Of a DNA stretch of 64,000 nt, positions 48,894 to 58,858 are shown one piece after another; the stretch's first letter is position 1, and every line of letters starts with the position of its first letter. Location: the IMG/VR virus record IMGVR_UViG_3300005747_000012, positions 32,001-96,000 of that record. One strand, written 5' to 3'. The notes below the pieces were generated by a model that did not search any database, was not told where the DNA came from, and saw only the letters and a program-made list of their open reading frames with translations. The DNA comes from a virus. Position numbers and translations under genes: made by a program.

Positions 48894-49859
48894 TTACATT
48901 TCCTCAAATAAATTATCTACTGTAAAACCACACTTAGCATAATCGGTCACACGACTACTAAAAAAGTCCGTAAACTTTTGCCCACCACTTAACTCGTCAA
49001 ACCACGCCATTTTATCTAAACTTTTTTGATCAATGTTTTTCCAATTACTTTTTAAACCCAAATCATAAAGCTTGGCATTAGCTCTCATTCTAATAAAGTT
49101 TTTAAGGTCAACAGGGTCTAAACCTCTAATTTTACCTAAACTAAAAGCATGGTCAATAAATTCATCTTCAAGTTTAACAGAAACCCTTGCAGCTTCATAA
49201 ATATCTTTTTTAAGTTCATCATCCCAGATATCCGGGTTTTCTTCAATAAAAGTTTTAAACAACCAGCATCCAGCTTCAGAGTGTAATGACTCGTCACGTA
49301 CAGACCAGCTTACAATAGTCTCAACACCTTCCAGTAGGTTAAAGCGAGAAAAGTTCATAAGAATAGCAAATGAGCTAAATAGGTTTACACCTTCTGTAAA
49401 ACCACTAAAAATAGCCAAAGAACGTGCAATGTTACGCTTGCTCTTGCCTTTTACAGACTTTAAATTCTCTAGCTTGGCTAAAGCCGTAGGGTCTTGTAAA
49501 AAAGCTGAATAATCGTCTAATCCGAGACTGTCGTTAAGGTATGAGTAACCAACTGTATGAACACTTTCCATTGCTGCAAAAGCCGATGCCATCATGCAAA
49601 TCTCAGGTTTTGGAAACCAACGACTAACTTTTGTACTCCAATAGTCGTTAACACTAATTTCTGTTTGTGTAAATGATTTAAGAATTTGACCAACAACAAG
49701 TCTTTCTGATTCTGTTAACTTGTGTGTCCAATCGTTAATGTCTTTTGACATTGCAACTTCTGATGGTAGCCAATGTGCGTTTTGTTGTTTTTCAAAATAT
49801 TCAAATGCCTTGGGATATTCAAAGGGTTTATAAATTTCACGCAAGGTTGTTATTGGCAT
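48894..49859 (-). CDS. nrdB: Ribonucleotide reductase beta subunit
   Basis: 'HWLPSEV', 'ESVHTVGYSY', 'EGVNLFSSFA', 'RDESLH', 'DFFSSRVTDY'. Confidence 0.95.
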   Translation of the reverse strand: MPITTLREIYKPFEYPKAFEYFEKQQNAHWLPSEVAMSKDINDWTHKLTESERLVVGQILKSFTQTEISVNDYWSTKVSRWFPKPEICMMASAFAAMESVHTVGYSYLNDSLGLDDYSAFLQDPTALAKLENLKSVKGKSKRNIARSLAIFSGFTEGVNLFSSFAILMNFSRFNLLEGVETIVSWSVRDESLHSEAGCWLFKTFIEENPDIWDDELKKDIYEAARVSVKLEDEFIDHAFSLGKIRGLDPVDLKNFIRMRANAKLYDLGLKSNWKNIDQKSLDKMAWFDELSGGQKFTDFFSSRVTDYAKCGFTVDNLFEEM

Positions 49860-49904
49860 GAGTTTCTCCTTTTCTTTATCTATAATATCATAATTTAGAT
49901 AAAA

Positions 49905-50705
49905 TTAAAAGTGAAAAATTCTACGAGTAATTAATACTGAGATAAACAAAAGCAGAACACGGAATGCGGCTTTTCCATAAGCTTTATAACGGATTAACTC
50001 AGAAACTTTTTCATTGGCACCTTTGGCTTGTTGTTCTTTAAGATTTATCAGTTTGCTTACAAGTTTTTCTTTTTCTAATCGAGTAGCAGAATAATTTTTT
50101 GGCCAATCTTTTTTAAGATAATATTCCATATCTTTTTCTTTTTGGGCAATCTGCTTTTCCACTATGACAATTTGTTGAGTAATAGCATTTGTATTCCCAA
50201 CATTTTTAGAACTGTCTATAAATGTTTTTGAAGTAATTACAAAAAGCATCAGGCAGAATATGGATGTTCTAAGTACACCAACTGCTGCTGCTTGCCATTT
50301 GTTATCAGAACGATAACCAGATAGAAATATAAAACAAACTTCTGTAAGTATTGCTTTTACATATGTTTTGGTATCAATTGCCCCATCAATTGCATAAAAT
50401 TCAAGGGCTTCACTTACAAGAAATCCGGTTATGGTAGCTAACAGTGCGAAATAAAAGACATTCATATAGTTGTTCAATACAACTTTCTTAAACCATCGAA
50501 CAAATCTTTTTTCCTTCCACTTATTAAGATTATCTTGGCTAAAGACATCGTAGACCGACATGGACGAATCATTGAAGATTGACCGGATTAAGTCATTGAT
50601 TTCATCAAGAAAGTTCAGAGATTCTTCTTCGGTGTCGGCTAATTCGACCTGATATCCATCTCTAAGCTTTTTTACTTTTTCTACTATTTCGTTGTCGTTT
50701 TTCAT
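49905..50705 (-). CDS. Multi-pass membrane protein with coiled coil
   Basis: Four hydrophobic segments. Confidence 0.6.
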   Translation of the reverse strand: MKNDNEIVEKVKKLRDGYQVELADTEEESLNFLDEINDLIRSIFNDSSMSVYDVFSQDNLNKWKEKRFVRWFKKVVLNNYMNVFYFALLATITGFLVSEALEFYAIDGAIDTKTYVKAILTEVCFIFLSGYRSDNKWQAAAVGVLRTSIFCLMLFVITSKTFIDSSKNVGNTNAITQQIVIVEKQIAQKEKDMEYYLKKDWPKNYSATRLEKEKLVSKLINLKEQQAKGANEKVSELIRYKAYGKAAFRVLLLFISVLITRRIFHF

Positions 50706-51327
50706 CTTCTTTAGCCTTGCGTTTGGCTTCTCGTTCAGCTTTACGTTTTTCTTTTTCTATTCTTTTTATTTCTTTTTCATCTATATACGCTTGGTATTTT
50801 ACTTTTAATAATTCAATTTCGTCTTCAATATCAATATTTTTTTCTTCTTTTAATTTTTCTACAAGTTCTCTTCTGATAAAATTCTCTTCATCAGATTTTA
50901 TCTTATGACAACTGGGTTCACCATTATTTTTTTTTAAAGGCGTACTACACACAACTTGTAAGTTATCTTTATCACAAAAAATACGATCTGCCATCTCATC
51001 ATATGTCATATCGGCTTCAACTTTATGCAAAGGTACTACCGGAATTAAATGATCTACTTGAATATACTTTTGCATAAACATATTACCGCAGATGGCACAT
51101 TTATATCTTACTTGAGGTCTTTTACCCGGAGTACCATCTTTTTTAAGTGCTGGTGGTAACTCATGTTTAGCACGTTGTAATGTCTCCCACATTTGCGGAG
51201 ACATCCTAAAAGATTGTCTAAGAGCACCTTTTACACGGTTACGCTCTTGTTTCCAGCGACCGTTTTCATCATACTCTTCATGAACATTTTCCAATGACCT
51301 TTTGGGTTTATTTTTTCTTTTTGGCAT
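50662..51327 (-). CDS. HNH endonuclease family protein
   Basis: 'YKCAICG...VDHLIP...NLQVVC...CHKIKS'. Confidence 0.8.
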   Translation of the reverse strand: MPKRKNKPKRSLENVHEEYDENGRWKQERNRVKGALRQSFRMSPQMWETLQRAKHELPPALKKDGTPGKRPQVRYKCAICGNMFMQKYIQVDHLIPVVPLHKVEADMTYDEMADRIFCDKDNLQVVCSTPLKKNNGEPSCHKIKSDEENFIRRELVEKLKEEKNIDIEDEIELLKVKYQAYIDEKEIKRIEKEKRKAEREAKRKAKEDEKRQRNSRKSKKA

Positions 51328-51328
51328 A

Positions 51329-51829
51329 TCATATTTCTACTTTCGGGGCATTATCGTCAAACCTTTCTTTTAGATACCAAGATACATACTCACATTTTTG
51401 TTCTAATGTTTTAATTGTTGGATTGTAATCTTCATTAATGTCTGCAATAGCTTCTGAAACAGCTTTAAGTGATTTATCGGCCTCTTTTTCAGCTTTGATT
51501 TGGGCAAGCTGTTTGGCATAAGCTACAAGATTTTTTTCAAATTCAGATTTTAATTCAGCCTCAAATTTATGACCAAACTTATATATGCAATCCATCATCT
51601 TTTTTAAAGCATTAATTGTTTGATTATAAGGCTTTGCTAACTCAGCTTTTTTAGCCATCAGTGCAATAAGCTCTTCATCCCTAGCTTTTTGAACAATTAA
51701 ATCTTGTTTTTGCCTAAGATAAATAATAAGAGCCTTATCAAGCTCTTCTTTGTTTTTAATTTCTTTTATTGCATTTGCAAAAGTAGGGTGTTTTTCTTCT
51801 ACAATTTCGTCAATAGTTTTTTTAGCCAT
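51329..51829 (-). CDS. Coiled-coil protein with internal duplication
   Basis: 'RDEEL..L...YNQTINAL' and 'ADKSL..V...YNPTIKTL' repeats. Confidence 0.6.
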   Translation of the reverse strand: MAKKTIDEIVEEKHPTFANAIKEIKNKEELDKALIIYLRQKQDLIVQKARDEELIALMAKKAELAKPYNQTINALKKMMDCIYKFGHKFEAELKSEFEKNLVAYAKQLAQIKAEKEADKSLKAVSEAIADINEDYNPTIKTLEQKCEYVSWYLKERFDDNAPKVEI

Positions 51830-52197
51830 TACAATTTATCCTCACGTTTATCAAATTTAGGTATTTTTTTTAAACAATTATTTTTATTTAACCATCTAAT
51901 AGTAGCCTCTACCATCATCATATGCGGCAACTCTTCTTGAGTTACCTTTTTTCTTTTTTGCCCAAGAAAAATTGGCATTGAATCAATTGAAAATTTTGTT
52001 TTGGCAGAACCAATGATAGATCGTAAATCAAAATGATCCATTATGTAATCGCAAGTATTTAAATGTACATATTTATTCATAAGGTTACTAAGGCTTTCAA
52101 GCTGGTCTTTAAAACATTGGCTGTCAATATCTTCAAGAAATTGCCTCATATCTTTTTCCATTCTATATTTTAATTCGTCCTTACTCATGCCACACAA
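51829..52197 (-). CDS. Hypothetical protein
   Basis: 122-aa ORF coupled to both neighbours. Confidence 0.6.
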   Translation of the reverse strand: MCGMSKDELKYRMEKDMRQFLEDIDSQCFKDQLESLSNLMNKYVHLNTCDYIMDHFDLRSIIGSAKTKFSIDSMPIFLGQKRKKVTQEELPHMMMVEATIRWLNKNNCLKKIPKFDKREDKL

Positions 52198-54218
52198 CTC
52201 TCTTCGTTAATTCTTTTTACTTTTATAATATCACAAACCATTTCTTTAACTTCTGAAGAATGATCAACCATTAATATTTTTTTATCAGTATTTAAATTTT
52301 TTAAAATCTCTAAGCATTCAATTTTAGATATAGAATCAAGGCCGTCAAAACCTTCGTCAATAATTAATAAATTAACACCTTTTTGAGTCATGCTTTCAAT
52401 CATTTCACCTATAGCTAAGTCCACAGCAAAATCAGCCGATGTACGCTCTCCACCAGACAAAGTTTTTATAGGCACTTTAGAATCGCCCTCAAGATTAATA
52501 ACAGCATTTATTTCGTTCTTAATAGACCCCGTTTTGGTTTGTTTAGCGTTTTCAAAAGAAATTACAGCATTGACCATATTAGGAATCATGTTGATGATTT
52601 CAGTAGCTCTGTTGCCAATATAACCAAGCGTATCTTGAAATTTTTGTAAAGTATAATTTTTAATTAGTCGAATTGATTCTTCTGATAAAATTACTTTTTG
52701 ATCAATATCATTAAGCTCATTTTGCCTAGATTCTAGGTCAGTTTTAAAATTTTGAATCTTAATATTGATATTTTCAAGGTCTCTTTCGTAGTTTTTAAGA
52801 GCATCTTGGTAAGCGTCTTTGATAGTCTTCATTTGTTGAATATCATTTTTACGCTTAACAATTTCAGCCATCATATCAGATTCTTTCTCTTTATATAGAG
52901 ATGTTGTTGTAGCATATCTCTGGTTGTAATCGTTTATAGCTTTTAAATATTCTTTATCAAGGTCATTAGTTTGCTGAATAAGTTCAGATTTTTTATTTTC
53001 AAGAGTTTCTAGTTGTTTAGTTTCTTCTTGATTTACTTTAATGTTTCTTTTAGCTTCCAAAAGTTGTTCAGCTTTTGTCTTCATTTCTATATAATGTGGA
53101 ATTTGACCTACTGCGTCTTTACAAGCATTTATTTCCATTCCCACTTCTGCAATAGCATATCTAAGCTCTACAAGTTTTTCTTCTGAAGTCCAGTTTTGCA
53201 TACAAGTAGGACAAGTGCCAGCTTCAATATGTTGATATTGCTCTTGAAGCTTTTTTATTTCAGTTTCTTTTTCAATAGCTTTATGTTTTAAATTATTTGC
53301 ATCGTCAATCTTTTTTTGTATTTTATACATTGCTGAAGTCATTTGTTGTATGTCTTGCTCTTTTTGGGTAAGATTGGTGTGCATTTTTTGTTTTAATTGT
53401 GAAATTTCTGTTTCAATATTTTTAACTTGGCCAAGTAATAGGGCTTTACCTTCAGTTTCTATCATTTCTGGTTTTTTACCTAAACTAGCAACATTATTTT
53501 CATATTGCCTATGTTCATTGCGAATAGCCTGCTCTAGTACATCAATACTTAGATTAATATCATCTTCAGTTGTAAAAAATGTAGGCTCTTGAGGTTTTTC
53601 TTTTTGTGCTAAGTAATCATTAAGTTGATTAATTGTATGTTTAATTTCAGTAATACTGCTTTCAAGCTTAATCTTTCTTGGTTTATATTGTTCTTTAAGT
53701 AGCTCATTCATTTTCTCAATTTTTTCTTGATATTTACCTAAGTCCAAACACTGGACAAGAAATTCATGGGATTGTTTTGGTGTTAAATTGAGAAAAAAGC
53801 CACCTTGTTTTTGGCGTTTATAACACATTGTTTTCAATAGATTTCGGTCTACGCCGATAATTTCATCTAATTTTTCTTCAGCAAGCTTGCTGTTTCCAGA
53901 TACGGTTCCTTCTGGTGTTTCAATGGTAAGTCCATCTTTTTTGGAACGGGTAATTGTAATCCCTCCCTCAAATTCACCCTGAACCCAGATAGGCGACTTA
54001 GTAATCCTACTCTGCAATTGTGTCGAAGGGATATCCGATATTCCAAGAAGGAAAGCGAGTGCTTCCACTGTTGTTGATTTCCCTGCTCCACTAGAGCCTC
54101 CTGTATTTGTATTCTCACCATCAATTTGAATTAGGTGACTTCGACTTTCGAGGTCAACTGTTTGTTTTTCAACAAACCTACCAATTCCTGAAAATGAGTA
54201 ATTTTTTAGTTTGAGCAT
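52185..54218 (-). CDS. SbcC/Rad50 (gp46-like) SMC ATPase
   Basis: Walker A 'GSSGAGKST', zinc hook 'CPTC', signature 'LSGGE', Walker B 'LLIIDEGFDGLD', 'VDH'. Confidence 0.92.
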   Translation of the reverse strand: MLKLKNYSFSGIGRFVEKQTVDLESRSHLIQIDGENTNTGGSSGAGKSTTVEALAFLLGISDIPSTQLQSRITKSPIWVQGEFEGGITITRSKKDGLTIETPEGTVSGNSKLAEEKLDEIIGVDRNLLKTMCYKRQKQGGFFLNLTPKQSHEFLVQCLDLGKYQEKIEKMNELLKEQYKPRKIKLESSITEIKHTINQLNDYLAQKEKPQEPTFFTTEDDINLSIDVLEQAIRNEHRQYENNVASLGKKPEMIETEGKALLLGQVKNIETEISQLKQKMHTNLTQKEQDIQQMTSAMYKIQKKIDDANNLKHKAIEKETEIKKLQEQYQHIEAGTCPTCMQNWTSEEKLVELRYAIAEVGMEINACKDAVGQIPHYIEMKTKAEQLLEAKRNIKVNQEETKQLETLENKKSELIQQTNDLDKEYLKAINDYNQRYATTTSLYKEKESDMMAEIVKRKNDIQQMKTIKDAYQDALKNYERDLENINIKIQNFKTDLESRQNELNDIDQKVILSEESIRLIKNYTLQKFQDTLGYIGNRATEIINMIPNMVNAVISFENAKQTKTGSIKNEINAVINLEGDSKVPIKTLSGGERTSADFAVDLAIGEMIESMTQKGVNLLIIDEGFDGLDSISKIECLEILKNLNTDKKILMVDHSSEVKEMVCDIIKVKRINEESCVA

Positions 54219-54442
54219 TGTTTAATCATTTCCTCTGTTGAAACTTCTTCAATTTCAATTTCTGTTAAATTTGGAGTGTAATGACATCTTTTATACATAG
54301 CATCGGTTTCATTTACATATTTGTATAAACCATTAAATGTAACAACCTCTTCATTTTTAAGTATTTTTTCTCCAACACTTTCGCCAACAAATACTGTTTC
54401 ATTATTATGTTTAAATTTTATTTTATATGTTTTTTCACTCAC
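54206..54442 (-). CDS. Hypothetical protein
   Basis: 78 aa, GTG start overlapping upstream stop. Confidence 0.5.
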   Translation of the reverse strand: MSEKTYKIKFKHNNETVFVGESVGEKILKNEEVVTFNGLYKYVNETDAMYKRCHYTPNLTEIEIEEVSTEEMIKQCSN

Positions 54443-54714
54443 TTTAAATTTTCCAGTACAGAATCACCTCTTCTTTTTAATTGAGATTCTTCTCTATCTT
54501 CAATAATTTCTACAATGTTTCTGTCTAACTCTGTTGCTTTTGCTTGCACTCCATTGTCAACAACTATTTTGCTTTTTTGAGATGGGGAAGAGAGATGGCG
54601 AACCATCCTCTCTCCACATACACATTCTATATTATCTTTTATATCACTAGAAGATTTATAAAACTTTTTTGTTATTGCAGCACAATGTCCACAAGCATAG
54701 ACTATTCTTGGCAT
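54439..54714 (-). CDS. FmdB-like zinc-ribbon protein
   Basis: 'MPRIVYACGHC...ECVCGERMVRHLSSP'. Confidence 0.7.
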   Translation of the reverse strand: MPRIVYACGHCAAITKKFYKSSSDIKDNIECVCGERMVRHLSSPSQKSKIVVDNGVQAKATELDRNIVEIIEDREESQLKRRGDSVLENLK

Positions 54715-55706
54715 TACATTTCCGAAATAAAGTTGCTAAAACTCATTTTGACAATATTTCTTTTGCTATTTGCAATTTTGGCTTTTTGCTCTTTAATTGT
54801 TTGCTCAATTTTTTCAAGAGTAAGCCCTTTGTCCATCAAACAAAGCTCTGCTTTTTTAGGCCCCTGAACAATTTCGTTATTCCAACCTCTTTTGGCTTCA
54901 GAATCGTTTTCCTTGCATTTTTTACCAAACTTACCGCTTTTTGCCATAAAGTCATCAAGCAATACATATCCTTTATTAGTTCTCATAGAAGCCGTGACAC
55001 TTACAGGGTATGTTCTAATTGGGCAATTGTCAAAGCTTAATTTTAGATTAAAGCCAAAGTATCTAATGTTTTTACTGTTAACCCCTACCAAACTTTGACC
55101 GCATTTAACAGAAACCACTTCGTCTGCATACCCATTTCTTACAGCTTCATCTCCATTTAGCCATAGTTCATTATCATATTCTGACTGATATTGCTTAAGG
55201 GTTTTTTTGCCGTTAGTTCTATCGACTGTTTGTTGATCCATCATCCCAAGTCTTCTTAACCATAGACCGTATCTAGAATCAATCTGGCTGTTTCCACCAC
55301 CAAATTCTCCTCTAAACCCACCAGATGCTTTGTGACTCATGAGAACGCCATATTTTAAAATATATCTTTTTCCAAGGTGTTGTACAAGCTGAAATCCCAT
55401 AGAAGCTGAAAAAAGAGTTACAGTATGAATAGGTCTATTAAGGCCTTGTAAAAATTCAACAAGCTCAAGCCCAGCCTGAATGCTTCCACCCGGAGTGTCC
55501 AAAAACAAATAGATAGGATATCCACTTTTAAGGTCTGCATTCATTTTTTTAGCCTGACCAATCAGTTTAGAAACAGAACTTCCGGTAAAAGCATTGTTCA
55601 ATACAAGAGTGTTATCTTTGGTTAAGGTAATTTCTTTTTTTGAAATTTCTGCTGAATTAACTGTTAACGAAATAGCAAGCATTAGCATTGCAATAAATAG
55701 CCTCAT
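54714..55706 (-). CDS. ClpP/S14-family protease with N-terminal signal peptide
   Basis: Signal 'MRLFIAMLMLAISLTVNSA'; 'LDTPGGSIQAG', 'SASMGF', 'LMSH', 'ELWLNGDEAVRNGYADEVV'. Confidence 0.8.
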   Translation of the reverse strand: MRLFIAMLMLAISLTVNSAEISKKEITLTKDNTLVLNNAFTGSSVSKLIGQAKKMNADLKSGYPIYLFLDTPGGSIQAGLELVEFLQGLNRPIHTVTLFSASMGFQLVQHLGKRYILKYGVLMSHKASGGFRGEFGGGNSQIDSRYGLWLRRLGMMDQQTVDRTNGKKTLKQYQSEYDNELWLNGDEAVRNGYADEVVSVKCGQSLVGVNSKNIRYFGFNLKLSFDNCPIRTYPVSVTASMRTNKGYVLLDDFMAKSGKFGKKCKENDSEAKRGWNNEIVQGPKKAELCLMDKGLTLEKIEQTIKEQKAKIANSKRNIVKMSFSNFISEM

Positions 55707-55739
55707 AAAATCTCCTTTGTGTGAGGTACGTTCATAATG

Positions 55740-55769
55740 TATAATATCACAAAAAAACTTCTTTTACAA
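55740..55769 (-). promoter_or_regulatory. Sigma70-type promoter
   Basis: TTGTAA-17 nt-TATTAT with TG extension. Confidence 0.65.
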
Positions 55770-55777
55770 ACAAAAAG

Positions 55778-56416
55778 TTAATTTTCCTTTCCTTTTTCTT
55801 CTTTGTGCTTAACTAATGCTTCCAAAATACTTCCTGTATTTCCCGGTTTAATTTCTAACGTATTTTCATTTACTTGCGTTAGCGTAGCACCATCTGAAGC
55901 GTTTACATTAACACTCATGCTTGAACCGCCACCAGTTTTTACATTAGTAGGATTAAGGATTTTTTCCAATAATTCAATACTTTTAAAATACTGACTAAGT
56001 TGTTTAAGGTCTAAGTTCTCGATAATTGTTCTGTCACCAGTTCTTAGATATTCATTCATTTCTTCGCCGTAGTATTTGTGGTGAACACTAATAAGATTGG
56101 CAATAAAATTGAGGCTTTCTACTCTAGTGTCGGTCAGTTTTTTTACCATATTTTTTTGAATATCGCTAAGATACTCCATGCGTTTCTCATACCATTTTTG
56201 CTTGGCCGACATATATAGAACTAGGTCTTTTTTTACTCTGGAGATTTTACTTATTTCTACATAAGTCTTTCCAGCCATATAAAGGCCAAATAGCCCATTT
56301 ACCTTATGCTCGTCTTTAACCAGACTTTCAAGTCCAACACAACCGTTGTCAACAAATGTATTAATTTTTTTAACTTCTTCATCTGTAAAGTCATTGTCAA
56401 TTTTACTTAAATCCAT
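55778..56416 (-). CDS. HTH-containing protein (terminase-small-subunit-like architecture)
   Basis: 'LYMAGKTYVEISKISRV...KQKWYEKR' followed by helical region. Confidence 0.45.
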   Translation of the reverse strand: MDLSKIDNDFTDEEVKKINTFVDNGCVGLESLVKDEHKVNGLFGLYMAGKTYVEISKISRVKKDLVLYMSAKQKWYEKRMEYLSDIQKNMVKKLTDTRVESLNFIANLISVHHKYYGEEMNEYLRTGDRTIIENLDLKQLSQYFKSIELLEKILNPTNVKTGGGSSMSVNVNASDGATLTQVNENTLEIKPGNTGSILEALVKHKEEKGKEN

Positions 56417-56838
56417 TATTCCTCCGATAACTGTCCATTTGGCCCAATTTGAGGGGGTTGTGCTTTTAGCTTATCTTGACTTGGTTTGAACATAGAATAA
56501 CGCCTTACACCATTAACAAATACTTTGACTTCAATATCTACCCAAAACATTTGCCACACCCATGAAACTAAATTTCTACATCTAGCGTCAAAATTTTCGA
56601 TGACACCTTTTTTCTCATATCCTTTAGGCATCGTAACAAAAAACTCAACTAAATTTTGTTTTGTTGATTGCATTGTGGCTTTTGTTAAATCATATTTAAC
56701 CTCAACACCTTCAACATCATCAAAAACAATATACGGCCATTTTTGCAGGCTTTCCTGATGTACACTAGAGATTTCACCAGTTAGCATGGTAATTTTTCTC
56801 ATATCCTCTAGCATAGCTTTTACGGTTTCTGTTTTCAT
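56416..56838 (-). CDS. Hypothetical protein
   Basis: 140 aa, coupled to neighbours. Confidence 0.6.
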   Translation of the reverse strand: MKTETVKAMLEDMRKITMLTGEISSVHQESLQKWPYIVFDDVEGVEVKYDLTKATMQSTKQNLVEFFVTMPKGYEKKGVIENFDARCRNLVSWVWQMFWVDIEVKVFVNGVRRYSMFKPSQDKLKAQPPQIGPNGQLSEE

Positions 56839-58508
56839 ACTTCCCTCAAAAACTCTTTTATACTTTCTTTTTTAACACCCTCAATTGGCTGGAACTCTGT
56901 CTCAAGATATTTTTCAAGTGTTATAGAAGTATCTTTAATATCTTTGGCAACTTTAACATCAGTTGGCTTTACCTTAATACTAGCTTTATCTTTTAATTCT
57001 TTTTTAACTTTATTAATCCAAGCGGTTTTACCCTCAAGCACCACATAGTTTCTAGCATCTGGGTTAAGTATTGGCAATTCTTCACCTTCTTTAACTTCAT
57101 ATGAAGTAATTGGTGTAACTACATTTTCAGTTGAAAAAAATTTTTTTGATTTAACAGCACCAGTGTCTTCATGTTCAAATATCCAAATTCCTTTGGGTTG
57201 ATTAGCGTCTGCCATTGTATCCCATTTAGGAGTACCCGGATAAAAGCATTTTCCTACTTGCTGGCTTTTGTGAATGTGACCTGATATAATTTCTTGTTGC
57301 GGAACTAACGCAGGGTCAATTCCTTCCTCACTAAAAAACCCATTCTCATATTGAGCACCAGTAAACGTCTGGTGAGCAATAAGGCAACCTGTAACACCTT
57401 GTTCGTAAAGATATTTACAATCCTCTAAAAAACTTTTGTAATCTTCATAGTATGGCATATAGCCTATATTATCTATTTCTGTAGGTACGTCAATAATGTT
57501 TATGTTATATTTGTATTGCTCATCTAAAAGAGATACAGAATTTAAACCAGCATTTTTTGATTGCCCTAAAATCATGTCGTGATTTCCTACTAAGGCTATT
57601 ATGTCATATTGTTTTTGTATTCTTTTAAAAGTTTTTTTCCAAAAATCAAATACTTCTATTCTAATTACGCCGTGGGTATGGAACAAATCTCCTAAAAAAA
57701 CTATTGTAGATACGTTATTTTCTTTTGCTATTTTTACTATAAAATCTATTAATTTTTCACAATCTTTTAAATTATTTATTTGTAAATGTGGATCACCTAC
57801 ATATAAATATTTATTAAATTTTATTTTGTTTTCTATATAACTTTTTTTGTCTTTTATATAAAATGGTATCCTAATTAATTTTATGCCATTCTTTTTACAA
57901 ATGTCGTTTTTTATTTCATCTCTATTGTTTATTGTAAAAAAATCTTCTTTAAAAAAATCAGTATTTTGAAAATGTTGTTTTCCATCGTATTCAAAAGCTA
58001 ACTTTAATTCTTTACAATAGCCATCCAATTCTAATTTTTTTCCTGTCTTATCATTTACAAGCCAATCAGGTCTTTCTTTTGGAAATTTTTTACCAGTGAT
58101 ATCCTCAAATATTTCTCTACAATATTCTTCGTTTTTGTATATTTTATTTTTTAAATGAGGTATTATCCCATTTACTTTAAAAGAAAACAGTGTAGTTTCA
58201 TATTCTTTGTTGTTTGGGCCTAAAACTTTTAATTTTTCTTTATTGCCATTGTATTTTGTAGATAGTAGTTTGTAACCTTTTTCTTCAAAAAAACCCCTGA
58301 CTTCTTCTATGTTATATTGTCTTTTTCCTGCACAATAAGAACACCTGTGACCTTCTTTAAAAACCTTAAAAGACATCGGAAAAACATGTCCCTTATTACA
58401 TTCTATATCTAATTTTTGTAGTTGACCTTCGTATTCATTGGAAAGTAATTTATACCCTTCTTTTTCTATAGTATTTTTGACATACTTTAAAGTGTGTTTA
58501 TTTGGCAT
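56835..58508 (-). CDS. SbcD/Mre11 (gp47-like) nuclease with N-terminally fused homing-endonuclease-like module
   Basis: aa 1-~230: 'GYKLLS..Y' repeats, CxxC, 'LELDGY...AFEYDGKQH...RDEIK...GIKLIRIP' (Vsr/DUF559-like); then 'GDPH', 'LGDLFH', 'GNHD', 'GHIH'. Confidence 0.85.
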   Translation of the reverse strand: MPNKHTLKYVKNTIEKEGYKLLSNEYEGQLQKLDIECNKGHVFPMSFKVFKEGHRCSYCAGKRQYNIEEVRGFFEEKGYKLLSTKYNGNKEKLKVLGPNNKEYETTLFSFKVNGIIPHLKNKIYKNEEYCREIFEDITGKKFPKERPDWLVNDKTGKKLELDGYCKELKLAFEYDGKQHFQNTDFFKEDFFTINNRDEIKNDICKKNGIKLIRIPFYIKDKKSYIENKIKFNKYLYVGDPHLQINNLKDCEKLIDFIVKIAKENNVSTIVFLGDLFHTHGVIRIEVFDFWKKTFKRIQKQYDIIALVGNHDMILGQSKNAGLNSVSLLDEQYKYNINIIDVPTEIDNIGYMPYYEDYKSFLEDCKYLYEQGVTGCLIAHQTFTGAQYENGFFSEEGIDPALVPQQEIISGHIHKSQQVGKCFYPGTPKWDTMADANQPKGIWIFEHEDTGAVKSKKFFSTENVVTPITSYEVKEGEELPILNPDARNYVVLEGKTAWINKVKKELKDKASIKVKPTDVKVAKDIKDTSITLEKYLETEFQPIEGVKKESIKEFLREV

Positions 58509-58531
58509 TTATTTCAATCCTTTTTTTATAC

Positions 58532-58858
58532 TTAGTCATTTTTATCCTTAATAAAAATTACATCTTTCATTTCACCAACAATAAAGCCGTCAGGAAATTC
58601 TTCGCTTTCTAAAATTTGTTTGGCCCAAGCCTTAGTGTATAAAGTTTCTTCTTTAAAATAAATTTTTGTACCTTTATTAATCCACTTAATATTATTGCCT
58701 ATTTCAATAGCTGCGTCAACTAAAAGTTCAAGCCCTTCAACTCCAACCTTTTGTTTTGTTATGGCAAAACCTGTGACCGCCTGATGTTCTTCAAGTTGCC
58801 TGATTTTTTTGTGAGGTTTCAAAATTAAATTACCATTAAAAGATGATTTTTCATTCAT
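58532..58858 (-). CDS. Possible divergent GroES/gp31-like co-chaperonin
   Basis: 108 aa; 'FNGNLILKP...VTGFAI...INKGTKIYF...FIVGEMKDVIFI' follows the GroES layout. Confidence 0.45.
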   Translation of the reverse strand: MNEKSSFNGNLILKPHKKIRQLEEHQAVTGFAITKQKVGVEGLELLVDAAIEIGNNIKWINKGTKIYFKEETLYTKAWAKQILESEEFPDGFIVGEMKDVIFIKDKND

